A stretch of 64,000 nt of DNA from Ptychomitrium polyphyllum (GCA_973851085.1 OZ316776.1:9796001-9860000), one strand, 5' to 3'. Numbered from the stretch's first letter, positions 39,401 through 54,130 are shown. Numbers and translations are program-made. The notes: generated by a model from the letters alone, not told the origin.

Positions 39401-41207
39401 AATTTTATTGGATGTTTTAAAAGTATCTATAATATTTAGAATGCTTGACTTTTAAATATGCATTGCAATAAAAAAAATTGAGTATTCAAATACAAGAAAA
39501 ATACTATTGTATTGCTTCAATTATATTGATTGAATTATAGTTTGTATTTATCCAATAATTTATAATTTTAGCATTTTATCAACATAAGAAAACGAAACAT
39601 GATCAAATTGTTGCATGATAGTCATTTGGATGTTAAATGACAAAGGATAAAGAAAGTGAATATAATTTTCACTACATCATTATATTTTGATAATGTAATA
39701 AATAAGTATTGGATATACATACATGCAAATAATTGATAAAAAATATTTTTTGTATTGTTTGTAATAATGAGATACTCTAAAGGAGTCTAAAATGTTTTCC
39801 AATTCATTTTGCAATTGAAATTTTTTATTAGAGAATTATATTTACCAGAAGATTTGAAATTACTAAGTTAATCATCTTCATGTTATTGAAAAATTATTAA
39901 TCCAAGCTATTTGCATCAAGTCATCCAAAATAATTATTTAAAGGCAATTCATGAAGAATATGAGTTTAAAAGTCTTTAATTATATAAAAATTGCAAGTCT
40001 TTATAGAAGATCAAATCACAATATTAATTAAATTTAATAGAAGCTCTGTAAGTCTACATTTGTAAAAATGCTATTGATCAAATTATATTTTGGCAAATGT
40101 AGGTTCTTATTTGTAAACTTCTTACATATGCACTTGTCAATATATAAAGTTAATTAAAAAGAAATTAAAAAAAATTGGCACCTTTTCAAGTTGCGATGGT
40201 ACGATTAATTGCATAATTCATAAATAGTTTTTTTTTTTAATCAACTAAATTTTATTACAAAATTAAAAATAGATGCAAAAAAATATATATAAAGTATCAC
40301 ATTAAAAGAAATTTGAAAGTAGGTCACTTTCTCCTTGGTTTTGGTTTGTTTCTTGAATCAAGTTTGATTAATATTATAAGAAATAAACAAAGGTGGCAAA
40401 ATTTTCTCTCTAACCATAATAAACAACTATGAACCACTATACAATATTCATTACCTAATTCTTCCATTATATTTAATTTCTATTCAAAATCTAATGTGTA
40501 AATAAGGTAACTGAAAATAATATTCATGTTAATGATTGCTTATGTTTGTTTCACTTCAATAATTTCATTTTTTAAATCAAGCATATATCTAAACTATAAT
40601 TCTACCATCCCTTTAAAATAAAATGAACCACATTCTAAACCTTATTTGTACAAAAATTTTACAACTACTAGGAAGACACTTAATACACTAGAAATGTTTG
40701 GTAAAATGGCCATTAGTCTAAATCTTAAAATTTTCCATATTCAAATTATTTAATCAATATTTTTTTATAATAATTAATGATACAAATCTCTATCCACTTT
40801 ATCTTCAACCACCTAATTTCCTTAGGAAATTGCTACACCAATTATGGCCATTATTGTGAAGCCCGATAATTATTATTATGAAATTCACCTTAACCAATTC
40901 TTTAAAATGCTTCAAGGATTTTTGAAGATATTTTCAAACTTCAGAAGTAAAAATTACAAAAATAGAATTCTAGAATCAAATTTCAATCAATAGTATTTTA
41001 TTCAATAAAATCCCCAAAATTATTGAATTTATGCACTAAAGAGCCTAACCACATTTATACGTGTGAAATGTTGATTTTACTGTAGAATTTTTCTTGAATC
41101 GAAAATTGAAACTCAATACAGTGCATAGTGTGCCCTTTGAACAAGGACATGTAAAGATTTCAATTTCCCAATTAGTGACGGTAGTTTATTAGGTGTACAA
41201 TTACCTT

Positions 41208-41243
41208 TGGAAGTCATTATGGAAGTCATTATGGAAGTCATTA
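41208..41243. repeat. 12-bp tandem repeat (TGGAAGTCATTA) x3
   Basis: Three perfect units read directly. Confidence 0.95.
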
Positions 41244-41902
41244 CATGGTTACAGTTTACATTAGCGTAGTATATTACTTTTATGATTGCCTATGCAAAAC
41301 CTGAACATTCAAAAACTCATCATGAACTTAAACATATCAAAGTATTTTAAGAGTTTGACAGAAAGCAATGATCTGTTTGAGAATGTGTAGAAAAGTTTTC
41401 ATTTTAAAGTTCAAATAATTGTATGAGTTATGGCTATATCAAATGCTGATATAAGTTTCAGAACAGGCTTTGTCTCAAAGGGCTGGATACCTTGTTGATG
41501 CATAGAATATTCCAAGGGTATAGCAGGGAAGCATGACAGTTTAACTTTAAATGTATGGGTATAAACTATGCATCAGGCAAGTATGGCATGTTCCAATGTA
41601 ATCATGTAAGCTATCAAAGCGGATATCAAGCTAGTGTTATGCTAGCATCAGATTAGTGTTTAACATCCAGTTCCCATTGGTGCTTCCAAAGTTCTCACAA
41701 ACCTCGCACTTCCCCCAGATCTTCATTCTTCAGTCTTCTTCTTGATATTCAGTTTTGAATTAGGTTTTTTGAAAGTTTTAAAATTTCCACAAACATTCCA
41801 GCATTTTCAGAAGATTAGAGGTTAGAGTTTTGAGGGTTTCTTGCATGTGATCTTAGATGATGGATTATAGGTGCATTTGGAGATTTGTTTGGAGACACTC
41901 TT

Positions 41903-41975
41903 GAGGACAGATGTCCTTGGAGGACAGATACTATTGAAGGACATGTGTTTTTAAAGGACATGAGTTCTTGGAGGA
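41903..41975. repeat. Degenerate 17-bp tandem repeat x4.3
   Basis: Units: gaggacagatgtccttg / gaggacagatactattg / aaggacatgtgttttta / aaggacatgagttcttg / gagga. Confidence 0.8.
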
Positions 41976-42499
41976 ATTGACGTATTTTGATTCCATTTTA
42001 ATTTTTTTATTGAAACTTTTGCAGAAGCTATGGCTTATGTGGCATATGATGGATGTGGTATGCAATACATACAGCATATAATTTATGTGTCATATGGTTC
42101 ATGTGGCATCAACCTGTGCACCATACTACTTGATTTTTTTCAAGATGGAAATTCCAGCTTGCATTTTGTTTTATTTTCTCCATTTCATGAAATAATGTGA
42201 ATAAGTGGATGGACTTCTATTTGCAAGTCTTGTCAAAACTCAATGCTATATTTGGACATTTTTGTGCATAAATTGTGAATTAATAGGGAGTAAATCAATC
42301 GAGTATTAGGAATACAAATTTGACGACATGTCCTCTCAATTTGTAACCACTAAATTGTAAATTGTACACAAGTCACTCTAAAACTTTTCCTTGTTAATTT
42401 ATTGATCAATCAACTAATGAATTGTCTAATGAAAACTAAATGAACACAAGTCAAAGGTTATAATCTTTGCATATTTTGATTTATTGACATGCTAATTGT

Positions 42500-44350
42500 A
42501 AATTAGATCTTCAATTAACTCTTACCTTAGATGTTGATTTTGGTCTATTGTTTGTTAGATTGTCAAAAAGTTTATTGTTGATTTAAAGAAGCACATGACT
42601 TATGGCTAATATGATGCTGGTTGCTTATGTATGTTATAATTTTCTTTCTAATCCCTCTTTTGCCACTTATTTATCTCAAGTCTACCATCTAAATCCAATA
42701 AAATGTCTCTTACATTTCTTTCTTGCACTTGATCTAATTTTCTTCACTTTTAACTTGGATATTTCATATAAAAGCAATGTAATGTTTTGAGAATTTTTTC
42801 ATTAACCTACACATTTTAGTAACTTAAAAAAAATCATTTAAAGATAATCCATGATTTAATGCACTTTTGGTAAGAAATTCTCTTATGTTAGTTTTTTGCT
42901 TATTGATCCTTTATAGTCCAATAATGGGCTATTCATTTATTCATAAATCCTAAATTAAATGTTAAAATTTGTGTTTGTAACACTGTATTCACTATAATGG
43001 AAAATTCCAAAGTCCCAAATGTTAACATTGTATACTAATTATGCAATAGCTAAATAGTCCAAGAATTTTTGTTTTGTTCCATTATAATGAATATGGTGAT
43101 TTGTATAATAAATTATTTAATGCAACTATATCCAAGTTTCATAGCCATACCATTCATACAATGCAAGTATAGATCTTCCAAAAATGTTGCCTCTAATTTG
43201 CAAGTTTATTAGCCCCTTTTGCTTTAGCATTTTGTTTCCCTTTAATTAGTAAATTCTTGAATTTAAATTTTGCACACATTTTGATGAGCTTGTTCTAATT
43301 GCTGAACCAAAAGCTTGAACTAACTAATGAATTCCAATAAATTAAAATATACCAAAATCTAAAAAATAAAATTTTGTTGTCTTTATATATATTAAAAAGA
43401 CATAACTATTGCATTTAGTATATCTTCTAATCTTTCTAAGTCACCTCAGCTTCTTTCCAAATTTACAAGCTTTCATCAAATATTAATTCAAATGTTACTA
43501 AAATACTCCACTTCCAAATGTTCAATTTTAAATTCTAATTTTAATAAGAAACGGTCAAGGGTAGGTTACAAAGAAACTTTCTTAATACCAAGGCTTTGGC
43601 TTTTATTGTTTTATCATTAATCCACTTTTATTTAATCCTTAGAATTTTCAATCAACAGATTAATCTTTATTAATACAAGTACTTAAAACATGAGCAAGAA
43701 AAACACCACACTTACATAAACTAATAAAGCATCTTTAAAAGTAAAAAACATACATAAATGCTTTTGTTTTTATAACTAAGTGGCCTACTTCACAACAATG
43801 TTTGTTCATGTGATATTATTTATTTTGAATAACTTTTGACATAATCTTGTTAGCATTTTGAATCACTTGTTTTTCATTTCTTTTACAATAGAATATACAC
43901 CTTTATTTTTATTCTTCCAAAATATCCATTGAATTTTTTATTTTAATAATAAATAAACAACTAATGGATTTCCTTTCAATCTGATGATCATTGACTATAA
44001 GATTGTTTAATTAATGTTGTGAACACTATAAATAATCATAATATTATTTTTATCTTGACTGTAATAATTGCTTTAGAGGCACCACTAAATTTTGAGCAAT
44101 AATTTGAAATGCATGCATGTAGCATTAAACAATTTCTATATATCACCTTAATAATATTGAGAATATCAAATTCTAAATCCATTTATACTAGTATGTACAT
44201 GATGGTTCAAAATAAGTTATCTTATTTTCTTTCAATCCTTCACATTGATCACATAATTTGCAATTTCCACTTGTTGCTACTTAAGCCTTATTCTATCTTT
44301 TTAAGAACATATATCTTTATTGTATAATTGTTGCAAACTAAGAAAGTCAT
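42500..44350 (-). mobile_element. Possible very old Ty3/Gypsy pol remnant (RT C-terminus, RNase H, integrase start)
   Basis: Minus-strand fragments appear in the expected order: QVIQNANKIMSKVIQN (~43820-43870, compare RNase H xIxYASxxMSxAExNY), FKFKNLLIKGKQNAKA (~43220-43270) and NVRDILLDL (~42690-42715). The similarity was judged by eye and is weak. Confidence 0.35.
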
Positions 44351-47178
44351 AAATTTTGTATTAAGAATTTGTATTAGTTAGCAATTTTTTAATAAATTGC
44401 AATAATTTAGCACTTTATAACATTTGAAAGTTTTTAATAGTATTAAAGTGACAATGCTTTTCCTTTGTAGAATTAGCAAGTCTCAATGTAGCAATGTAAT
44501 TAATTAACAAATAGTTTTTTAAAACATGCATTTTTTGAGAATCAAATATGAGTGGTTTGACGTTTTTCTTATAAAAAAATATTGATTCTAAAGTTTTAAT
44601 GATTTTGATAGTTTTATGTAATATTTTGTAATATTTCAAAAAATATCCCTTTACAATAAGAAGTTATAAACAATGATATTACTTTAAGCACAAGCATAAG
44701 CATACTATAGCTACAATGAATATAGCATTTGTTGACCAAAATAAAATTAAAGGTGATTTCTATGAATATGTTATATATTGGTGTTTTTATTCAAATTTAC
44801 AAGGTATTTTGTATATCATTGGACGTGTTTATTATAATTATAGAATGTTAAATCTTAAGCTATATATCCACCTTAGCTTTGTTTCTATTATTAAGAACCT
44901 CCATGTGTCATTTATATGTCTTTCCATTTTTTTTTTCATATCTTGTCTATTTCAAACCTTCTCATTTTAATAAAGATTAATGTTCTAATTCATTGGAATA
45001 CTTTCAAATATACAAAGATGTCATTGAAAGCTTCGTTTATAAAGATCCTTATTCTTCCTGTCCTTCAATTAGCTATTGTATAATTTATTATGAGATGATA
45101 CAAGTTTCAATCTACTAACCAAATTTTAGCTATCTTTCACACACATCTATCTATACACTTGTCTATTTGCACGTTAAAACAGCTACATTAATACATATGG
45201 TTTGTTTGCATTATATTAATGCAGTGATATTGCAATTCATGGAGAGTATTAGAAAATGTTCTTGTGTTGTTTTGACATGAGTGAAATATTGAATGAATGT
45301 GTGTCATATTTCTCTGCAGTTTAATATTATGTTAATATCAAGTTGAAGTCAAAATTATATGAAAATGATACAAGTTAGAATGACATCAAAACAACATTAG
45401 AAGGACACGAATATAAATGTTGTCGAGAAGACATGAATGTGTCTTGAATCACAACAATGTCAAAACAACATCCAAATGGCTTTTGTTAAATGACATCAAA
45501 ATGACATTTAATATGATTTTAATGTCATTTTAACATCATCTTAATTTATGACATGTTGATGTCATTTTAGATTCAATTTATCTTATCTCAATTTAATATC
45601 AAGATAACATTGAAATAACTTGAGAAAGATAAGTCATGAATTGATGTCGCAATTATTGTCTTCAGGTATACTGATGAAAGCGAAATGGTGGCCAGTTTCT
45701 GAGTGATGAATATTAAGATGGATTCAAACATCGTTTGGTGGCTTGTTTGTCCTCAGCACTGGAACTGCTTCTAATCAGCAATGGGGTCATAATTGCTACT
45801 GGTGATGCAAATGGATGAGAATGGGCTGTTGGCATTGGCTTAGGTGAGTGTAGGCCTTTGTGAGCAAGGTCCTTGTGTCATTGTGAAGAGGAGAAGCAAA
45901 GGCATACACTTTGAGAATTTTGCACATGGATGGCTCCCCGCCCCAGTATCTTGGAGATCTAGGATGGCAGAACCATGATAATGATGACAGTGGTGAATAC
46001 CTGACCAAAAGCTTTTTTAAACAACATGGACCATCTGACATTTGTACCTTAAGGATTATGGCTACTCTCTCTATTCTACTACCACTGCTGGCTTTGTCGT
46101 GTTGACCCAGTTGACTGGTCAATGAACTCCTCTTACAACTTGCACTCAGTAATCCCCTCTGCATTGATAACTTCTAAGCTAGTGAGACGAAATTGTACTA
46201 CTGCTTATTATCCTTGGAAATGATATTCTTATTTTATCAGGTAGTGATGGATGAAGAGTGATCTAGGCTCTGCTCTACCTTGAAGTTGAAGAAGCACCAT
46301 GACCCATGTGGGCCCTCTGCCCCTCCCATGTACATCATATGCTTGTCTCCAACCCTCACATCATATACTACTAGCAACAACATGATCTTTTTCATCATGT
46401 TGGATGAGTTTCTCTTCCTTCTGTATGCTGGATATTTTGATACTGAAGACACCGGTGGCAGGCACAGTGCCAGCTAATGCATTGCTGCTGCTGTTGTTCC
46501 CCACCCTCTCATTACCAACTGTGAGTTGCAGGTGTTTGAATATTTGGAGATCCGCATCTCAAGACTAAATGACAACCTAGTAGATTTGCCTTCAGAACCA
46601 ATACTATAATACTCTTATAAGGTCGGTTGTCCGCACTCAAAAGTTATGGAGGTCAATTAATCATCAACCTACATCATCAGCAGGTCTCAATTACACCAAA
46701 ATCTTAGCAAAGTGCATGGACACATTGAACTCATTGATCCAACTTGGATATTGGCAACATTCAAGAAAAATTTCTTATAATTTTTTTAAATATTTAACCA
46801 AAAATATGAAAATTCCATTTTAAATGAACTCATTCATCTAAATTTGTGTTTTCTTACTCCATTGGACACTTTCATTCATACATTGAAATAGAATTTTATA
46901 TAAAATATTATAAACTTTGATGTGATATGAAATTTTTCTCTCCAACTTTTATGATCTCAAATTATATATGAAAATTTGGCCAAAATTTAGGATTTATATG
47001 ATTTTCAAATATGTCTTTAGGGGTGATTATTATTTTTTAGATAGTTTTTTGGAGATGACTATGAAAATGATATTACCGCAGGATAACTTTAATAATACTA
47101 ATTAAGTAGTAAGTACAAGTTTGTCAGCAGCAGTCTGGGGCACGATGAAGGTTGATCATTGCAGAGGGGGCATTGAAT

Positions 47179-47616
47179 TCATGAGCCTGACGGAAGGGAA
47201 TGCAGGTGCTCTTGGAAATATAATTCCCTCGAGGGCGGGGTTATGAGCAGCCTCACTGGCTCAGTCAAGGCTGCAGGTGCAATGGGATTGGAGAGTATTG
47301 ATGGAAGTGATGCTGGTACAACACTGAGCTGCCCTGAGGGGAGGAAAGAACAGGCCAAAGTAAGACTTTCATCAGCCTGAAGCCTGGCTTCTGAGTTGAC
47401 CCCATTAGCATAATTAGCACCTTCCTAAACTAGAGTAACTCCAGTACTTAGCACAGAACTTATCAGAACAATGCTCAGAGCCTTCCCCTTCTGCCCCCAC
47501 AAACATTCTCTCCCTTTGTTGTTCCCTTTGATTGCAGCTTCAAATGCCATTGCAGGCTCAGCAGTGTGATGTGTCACAGTCCTGTGATGTCGACCATTAC
47601 AAAACTTCATGAACAT
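47179..47616 (-). pseudogene. Gene-like reading frame of 146 codons broken by one in-frame TAG; product unidentified
   Basis: The listed ORF 47425-47616 continues in the same frame past TAG (47425-47427) as EGANYANGVNSEARLQADESLTLACSFLPSGQLSVVPASLPSILSNPIAPAALTEPVRLLITPPSRELYFQEHLHSLPSGS*. It sits in a GC-richer island within AT-rich DNA. Confidence 0.3.
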
Positions 47617-50600
47617 GGTTTATGTTTTGCTTCTTGTTTCCTTGCGGGGTTCCATCATGTCAGAGAAGCTACTGGGAAAGACAAGCTATTGATGATGTGC
47701 AATATAAGTAGTCCAGGATAACTTGCCATCAGTCCAGAATTGTGACAGTGAAATTGAGGCAATAACACCCATTCCTGCCACCATGGAGTCATGGTGCCTC
47801 TTGCTTCAATAGCCTGACACTGATTTAGCTTAAGTTTTTGGAGCAAGTTTTGAAAATGATATTTCTCATAAACTTGACCCTCTGAAAGTGTATATATAAA
47901 TCACATTAACATAGTAAGTTTCTGTTTTGCCAAAACAAACCATGCTTGTTTGTACTGTTATCAATGACCATTCAATTTGCACTGCTGACATAAGATGGCA
48001 TTCAACCTGTAATAGCAATGAGGAAAATGGCAAGTTGCTTAGACTCATGAAGAGGACAAATCTTATGGACAAAGTGCAACAGGTCCATTCCTTTCCATAT
48101 TCAACTTGCATGTTTCTCAAGAGTAACCTAGCCTTCCAGGTGGCACTCATCCTATTATTTAGCCAAACCTAGCTCTTAAAAAACTTAACATAATGAATCA
48201 GGTGGAATTCAGTCATGCACAGTGATCCAAAATATGTAATCCAAGATTTGTTAATTTAATATTCAAGGTAGGTACTACAAAATTATACACATTTTGCATA
48301 TATTACCTTTCAATCACACTTTAGCACATTAAATCCTTAAAAAGATCTTTATACTTTCATATTCCTTTCAAAATACACATCAATATGAATTCCACAAAAT
48401 AACTCTATACTTTAATACCAATTTAAATGCCTTAACACCACATCTCCTACTCCTTTAATTTCACCTCTTCATGATCCTTTGTTCAATAAGAAACTATTGA
48501 AGAAGATTACAAAGATGTCACCAAAATTTGGTCATTTGGACTGTCAACACTATTAAACCCACTTAATTGTTTTTCAATTATTCACCTATTTCCACCTAAT
48601 TCAATATATTAAGTCTTTTAATCAATACAACTAATACATAAACTAAAACAACATTATACTAACATCAATCTAATATGAGAAATATATACTCAAAATGACA
48701 AATTAAATACAAAAGTACTTTATGAATCCTAAGCAACCTACATCACAACAACTTGCACTTTCAAATTGTTGCACACTACTTTGCTAATAATCATATTAAA
48801 TATTTTGTTAGTTTTTCTATAAAGTCATTGGTTTAAAGATACTTCAAGCTTATTCTTTTATCTTTGATTAAGAATTTATTAAAAAGAAGAATTACCTTGT
48901 TTTTAAAATGAAATTGAGGATTTGTTATTAACTCTAAAAACAACCAAATCCATATTACTTGGAAAGAATATGAAATCAGTTGCCGATTTTTGCTTTGTTT
49001 ACTTAAGAGTTCAAAAACTCCTACCAAATTACTTTGTCATCTAGGTTGTTGAGTGTATATGATATTGATTTTTATATGTTGTCTTCAATTTTGGAATTAC
49101 AAAATTTACTTTCTCTTTTTCAAAAGAACTTGTTGAATAAAAAGATCCAATTCTTTATAAGTGAGTGTTATATTTCTGCAGATGTAATTTTTTTTTTAAA
49201 TAAAAAAAATTTGTCAAATAATTTCTTTTAATTATAAGTTCCTTAGAAAATTAATAACATATGATTAAAATGTAGAAATTTAATTTTGAAGACATAATTA
49301 CTTCTATACTTTAGAATTGAGCAGCTTGTGGTGCATTAGATGGTCTTGATATTTTATGATATTGTATATTAAAAAATATAATTGCAACTATTTTGTATGT
49401 CGCTTTTTTCAAATTTTATATTTTATATTTACTTTTCAACTTCAAAAATACATTAAAAAAAATGGCTTATTTTATTATAATTCTACTTCAAATAATAGCA
49501 ATTTTTTTATAAAATGTTAATAACAATTTTGTCCAAAAAGACGGTATTCAAGTTCGTTGTATGTTATAAGCTTTCTTGAATTATTTAACAAAAGAGGAGG
49601 TGTGTACATAAAGAAATTTTGCTTAGACTATTTATCATCCATTAATGCAAAAGCAAATGTACCACACATTGCATCCAAAATTAAGCCTAAGAATTTGAAA
49701 CAATTCAAGGAAAATGATTCTAAAGGTGGAAAAAATAATCAAGGATTTCTTTTTTCAAGCAATGCTAAGCTAAACATTAAAGAACAAAAGAATCAAGATA
49801 ACATGAGTGAAATCCGACATAAGTGTATATAGGCTTCATTGCTAATTTTATGAAGGTCTTTTTAACCAAAACTCTCTTTTAATATAGGTAAAAAAAAAAA
49901 CCAATTTGTTATTCTATAGAAGTTAAAAATTTAATTTCATCATCTTAGTGAACTACATCTATCAAGTTTATAAGCACCAAATTAAGGGTACAAATAGATG
50001 TTTGGTGATTTGTATCTTCAAAGAAGAAAAGAACAATGAGAAGTCAAGTTGCCAAAATCATTTGTATTAAAAGACTTAAAAGTTCCAATTTGACATTGTA
50101 ATTGCAACAAAAAGAAAAAGTTGTAATTTAGCAAAAGAATCAAATTAAAGCAAGTCTATATGAAGAAGTCTTTTATATAGTTGCATTTGTATGTCAAATT
50201 TTAATATCTCTAATCAAATGATAAGAATACTAGGATGTGATATTATTATGGTGTTTGAGATTGCTTTTACGATATATAAAGAAAAGACAAGTCTTCTACT
50301 GAAAGCAAAAATACAATTGAGGTAGAAGAAAATAACTTTGTAAAGAGTTGCTTGTGGAAATTGTCTTACAAGTAGTGTAGCATGGACCACAACACTGCCA
50401 AGAAGGCCAGTCAATAAAAAAAGCTTTAATGATGCCAAATGTAGTCGGTAGTGATAGACAATTCTAAAGCCTTTTTATAGATTGTAATTGTGCAAGGCAA
50501 GGTCTTTATACTTTCAGCAAGTCTTATTAGCTTCTAAAAGTTAGCCTTTCATGCTAAAGAAATTTTCCATGATTAAAGTGAGATTGCATGCAAGTATAAT

Positions 50601-52639
50601 AGATGCATGTTCATTAAATGTTAATACTTCAATGGATGGATCCAAAATAACTATAGTAATCATTATTAAAGGATTATATATCCAATTCTAGTCCAAATGT
50701 AATACATGCAATTTCTAAAAAGATTAAATATGGTATGTCTATTTTTTAATCTTGGTAGAAGCAATAATTTTATATTTAATTGAATTTTTTTAGAATTTGG
50801 AAATAAGACAATTTCTCATTAATTGAGGTAATAGATTTTCTATAGATACTAAGCTATTCTTCACCTATAGTTTATGTAAAAGAAAAAAGCCACCATTTGG
50901 ATTATGACATGGTTGTGAATAGAGAAGCAATTGATGAGGTACTACTGAATAAATGGCATATTTAATAAGATTCTTTATATGTAGCTATGGTCTCTCTGAT
51001 AACTAGTGGTGCAAAAAAACATTAAACCAAAGTACAAGAAGTGACATCATTATGGAAGTTTAAATTAAACTTATTGGCATAGGCCAATGTTACTTTGACA
51101 AAGTATGGAATAAGAGCACAATGACAAAGCTCAAGGTTGGAGGCAAACAAATTGGTGGTTTGAAATTAAAGATTTAACTCATTTTATTTTGTGGTGTGCA
51201 ACTAAGAAAGACATATGTCTATTAGAACTTTTTAGAAGCATTGCAATTTGACAAGTTACAATTCTAAAAGGTAGTGTTAAAATACCTATATATTTCTTTG
51301 AGGACAAAAACCTTGTGGCTAAATAGGTGGCCATTAATTATATTAGGAAGTTATACAAGCATTATCTAGGTTTGTTGTCAATTGAAGCTATGAAACCTTT
51401 GTTTATAGCCTTCACAAAAGATATATCTTTGTTAATAGTGATTAACTTAGAATTTATGAACTAATAGGTTTTATTGGTACATAATGGCTATATTAAGAAA
51501 TATCCTTTAAAGGCAATCAAAATGGATTATAAAAAAAGTAAGGTAATTTATTCCAAGAATTAATTTGAGTATTACATGCTTTGCAAGTTGGACAATTGAA
51601 TGCACTAAAGCACAATAGTAAAAATATACAATAAATCTTTGATTCTATAGAATTTTTTTAATAAGTTTAAAAAAATTCCAAGTGTTTTGGTCATTTTATA
51701 TTTGTAGATGCGGTCACAAAAAGATCACTAGCACATTATGTTGGTGTATGGTGGACATATTTGATTCTTATCCTATACTACAAGTTACTTATAATCTAAT
51801 CAAAACAACCTTCACCTTATTGATTGAAGCCCAACAATTTAAATTCATATCAAACACCAAAACAAGTAAAGTTGGATGATTGACAACTTATGTCATTGTA
51901 ACCGAAACTTCTAAATATTCAAGAGCTCAATTTTGACAAATTAAATAGAACTATAAACTTTTTAACTACTATAGCATAATTTCAAAAAAAAACCTTGTAT
52001 CAAAATATTAGAAAAAAAATGCTATTAGACCAAGCATAAGATTTAAAATATTTAACGCCAATAATGGCCACTGGAAGCATTGAAACATTGAAATGAGACC
52101 ATGGTGTCCACTATACCTTTTTATTTTGATTCTTTAAGCTCTTTTGCAAAGCCTATCTCATCTTGAGATGAATAATTTGATAACACGGATAAATGACAAA
52201 AATTTATATATCCTTGAATATGATTATTTACATCAATTTTTACTTCAAAGGTAAAAAATACATAAGAAGGCTATCATAGGATAGTCTTAGAACCCTATGA
52301 GACATTAGACATCCTTATGAAGAAGCCCAACACAATATATAAAGGAATCCAACATAATAGATTAGAAGAAATATATAAAGATTAAGAAAGAGCTAATAGG
52401 CATGGCAAGCTTGGAAATTCATGAAGACTTTGAACCCATTGGAATTTCTTTGTAGCCATTGAAAACAATATTTGTCACAAATGGAGTCAAAATACCATTG
52501 ATGACAAAGAATTAAGAGTACAATGTGGATTTTGAAAGAAAAGTAGAGTGGCATAAAAAACAATAAATTTTATGAAGATTTAAAGATTGTTTTGCCAATG
52601 AATTATACAATTTAGGAATCATCAAGTATTAAAAAGTAA

Positions 52640-54130
52640 AAAATAGACCTACATGATGATTTCAAATTTTTTACAAATCATATTGGTACAATAAGGTAGA
52701 AAAGGAACTATTTAAGAATGCACAATGAAGTTGTTAGATGGTAGATTAGTAGGGTTCTTTGATGATAAGCACATTTTTGCTAGAATAATGTTTTAAAAAA
52801 TATGTATATGGCAATTGAGCTATGAAACAAATGTATGGAAATTATATGTTTTTAAATTGATAAGCAAGATCAGACATATATGTAATGTTTATATCCACTA
52901 AGATCTTTAATTCAATGCAACCTTCACAAGTATTTAATACATTGGATTTAAGCTTGGACTCATATCAACTACTAACCTTATAAATTTGAAAATTGATGAA
53001 AATGGAAAAGATAAGTCATACTATATTTAAAGTTCTAATTTCTTGGATTGGAAAATGTGCGTGCTCAATTTCAAGAAGTTATAAATAGAATATTTATAAA
53101 ATTACCATTTTTTTAGTATTATATTGATGATATTATCACCTTTGGTATAAATAAGATAATCTAAAAGCAACATTTAATTGCAGTGTTAAAGCAGCTAAAA
53201 AAATTCTTTTGGAAGCTAATTCAAGGCTTTATATGGCATACCAAGACCAACATATGGACGTTGGCTATACACTTTTAAAAATCTGATAAATTATTCTTAG
53301 AAGTTTATTGGTGCATGTACAATGAAATAACAACATTAAGTACTGAGACGTTCCACCCTTTTCTATACTTGACAAATCATACCAATTCCATACAAATTGG
53401 AATTTATTGGTCATTATTGGTATTTTATATATTGGCATATAATGAAAACATGTAATTGTAGTGGTTTATGCCAACTGTTCTAACAATTTTATAAAAGATC
53501 ACCGCAATTCATGTAAAAAAGGCTATTTAGCAATAGTATGGGCCATTGCACAATTTTGACATTATATCTATAATAATGAATTTTTCCAAGTTACATGCCA
53601 TGAATTATTTAAGTGGCTTACAAAATTTTAAAATCTTATTTAAAAGTTGGGCTTGATTTTATACATATATGACTTCAAGATAGTACACCAAGTTAGTTTG
53701 GTTAATATGAATGCAAATAGTCTTAGTAAAAATTCATGCCAAATTAAAAAGATACTACAAGAATAAACACATTTGTAAAGAAGATGAAGAAATGCAAGGT
53801 TGGCATGCATCAACTTGTCTTAGCTTGTTGATAGCATATGGAGATTTAATAAAAGGCTTATTCATTTGAAGTAGAGATATGAGATAAATCTATGGCGCTA
53901 ATGACATTTAAAAGAATGGATTAGTTTTAGAGCACTAGAAAAGTAAGAAATCAAGCATAAATGGTGTAATTTCAAAAGAAAGGTTTAAGGTTCTACAGCG
54001 TACCAAGCCATTCAAATGGAAGAGAGTTTAATTTTTCAAAGATTAATTAAATGAGAAGAAACTAATGGTTCCAAATTCATTCAAACCTAAGAAATTTGAG
54101 TTGTATGTTTATGAAGACCTTGGACATTTT
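52640..54130 (+). mobile_element. Decayed Ty3/Gypsy LTR-retrotransposon pol remnant (RT, RNase H, start of integrase)
   Basis: Collinear motifs interrupted by stops and frameshifts: KKYVYGN*AMKQMYGNY (~52795-52845; compare KKDxxGxWxxxRMCxDY), QVFNTLDLSLDSYQ (52927-52968; compare FSTLDLRSGYHQ), LGLENVRAQFQ (~53042-53074; compare FGLKNAPAxFQ), YIDD (53120-53131), YLAIVWAIAQF*HYIY (~53524-53571), DFKIVHQVSLVNMNANSLS (53671-53727), YEDLGHF (~54110-54130). The order RT-RH-INT is diagnostic of Ty3/Gypsy. Confidence 0.88.

Noticed and set aside
32800..40200. Other faint retroelement-like peptides, e.g. KAIHEEYE near 39941 and AMKTMKKD on the minus strand near 32970
   Set aside because: These are single weak motifs without collinear support, too decayed to call.
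41208..41975. Short direct-repeat arrays as CRISPR-like structures
   Set aside because: The units are contiguous with no unique spacers, the context is eukaryotic, and there are no cas genes.
48200..52600. Possible gag/protease region upstream of the Gypsy RT, or endogenous giant-virus relics
   Set aside because: No diagnostic motif could be read by eye; a translated database search is needed.
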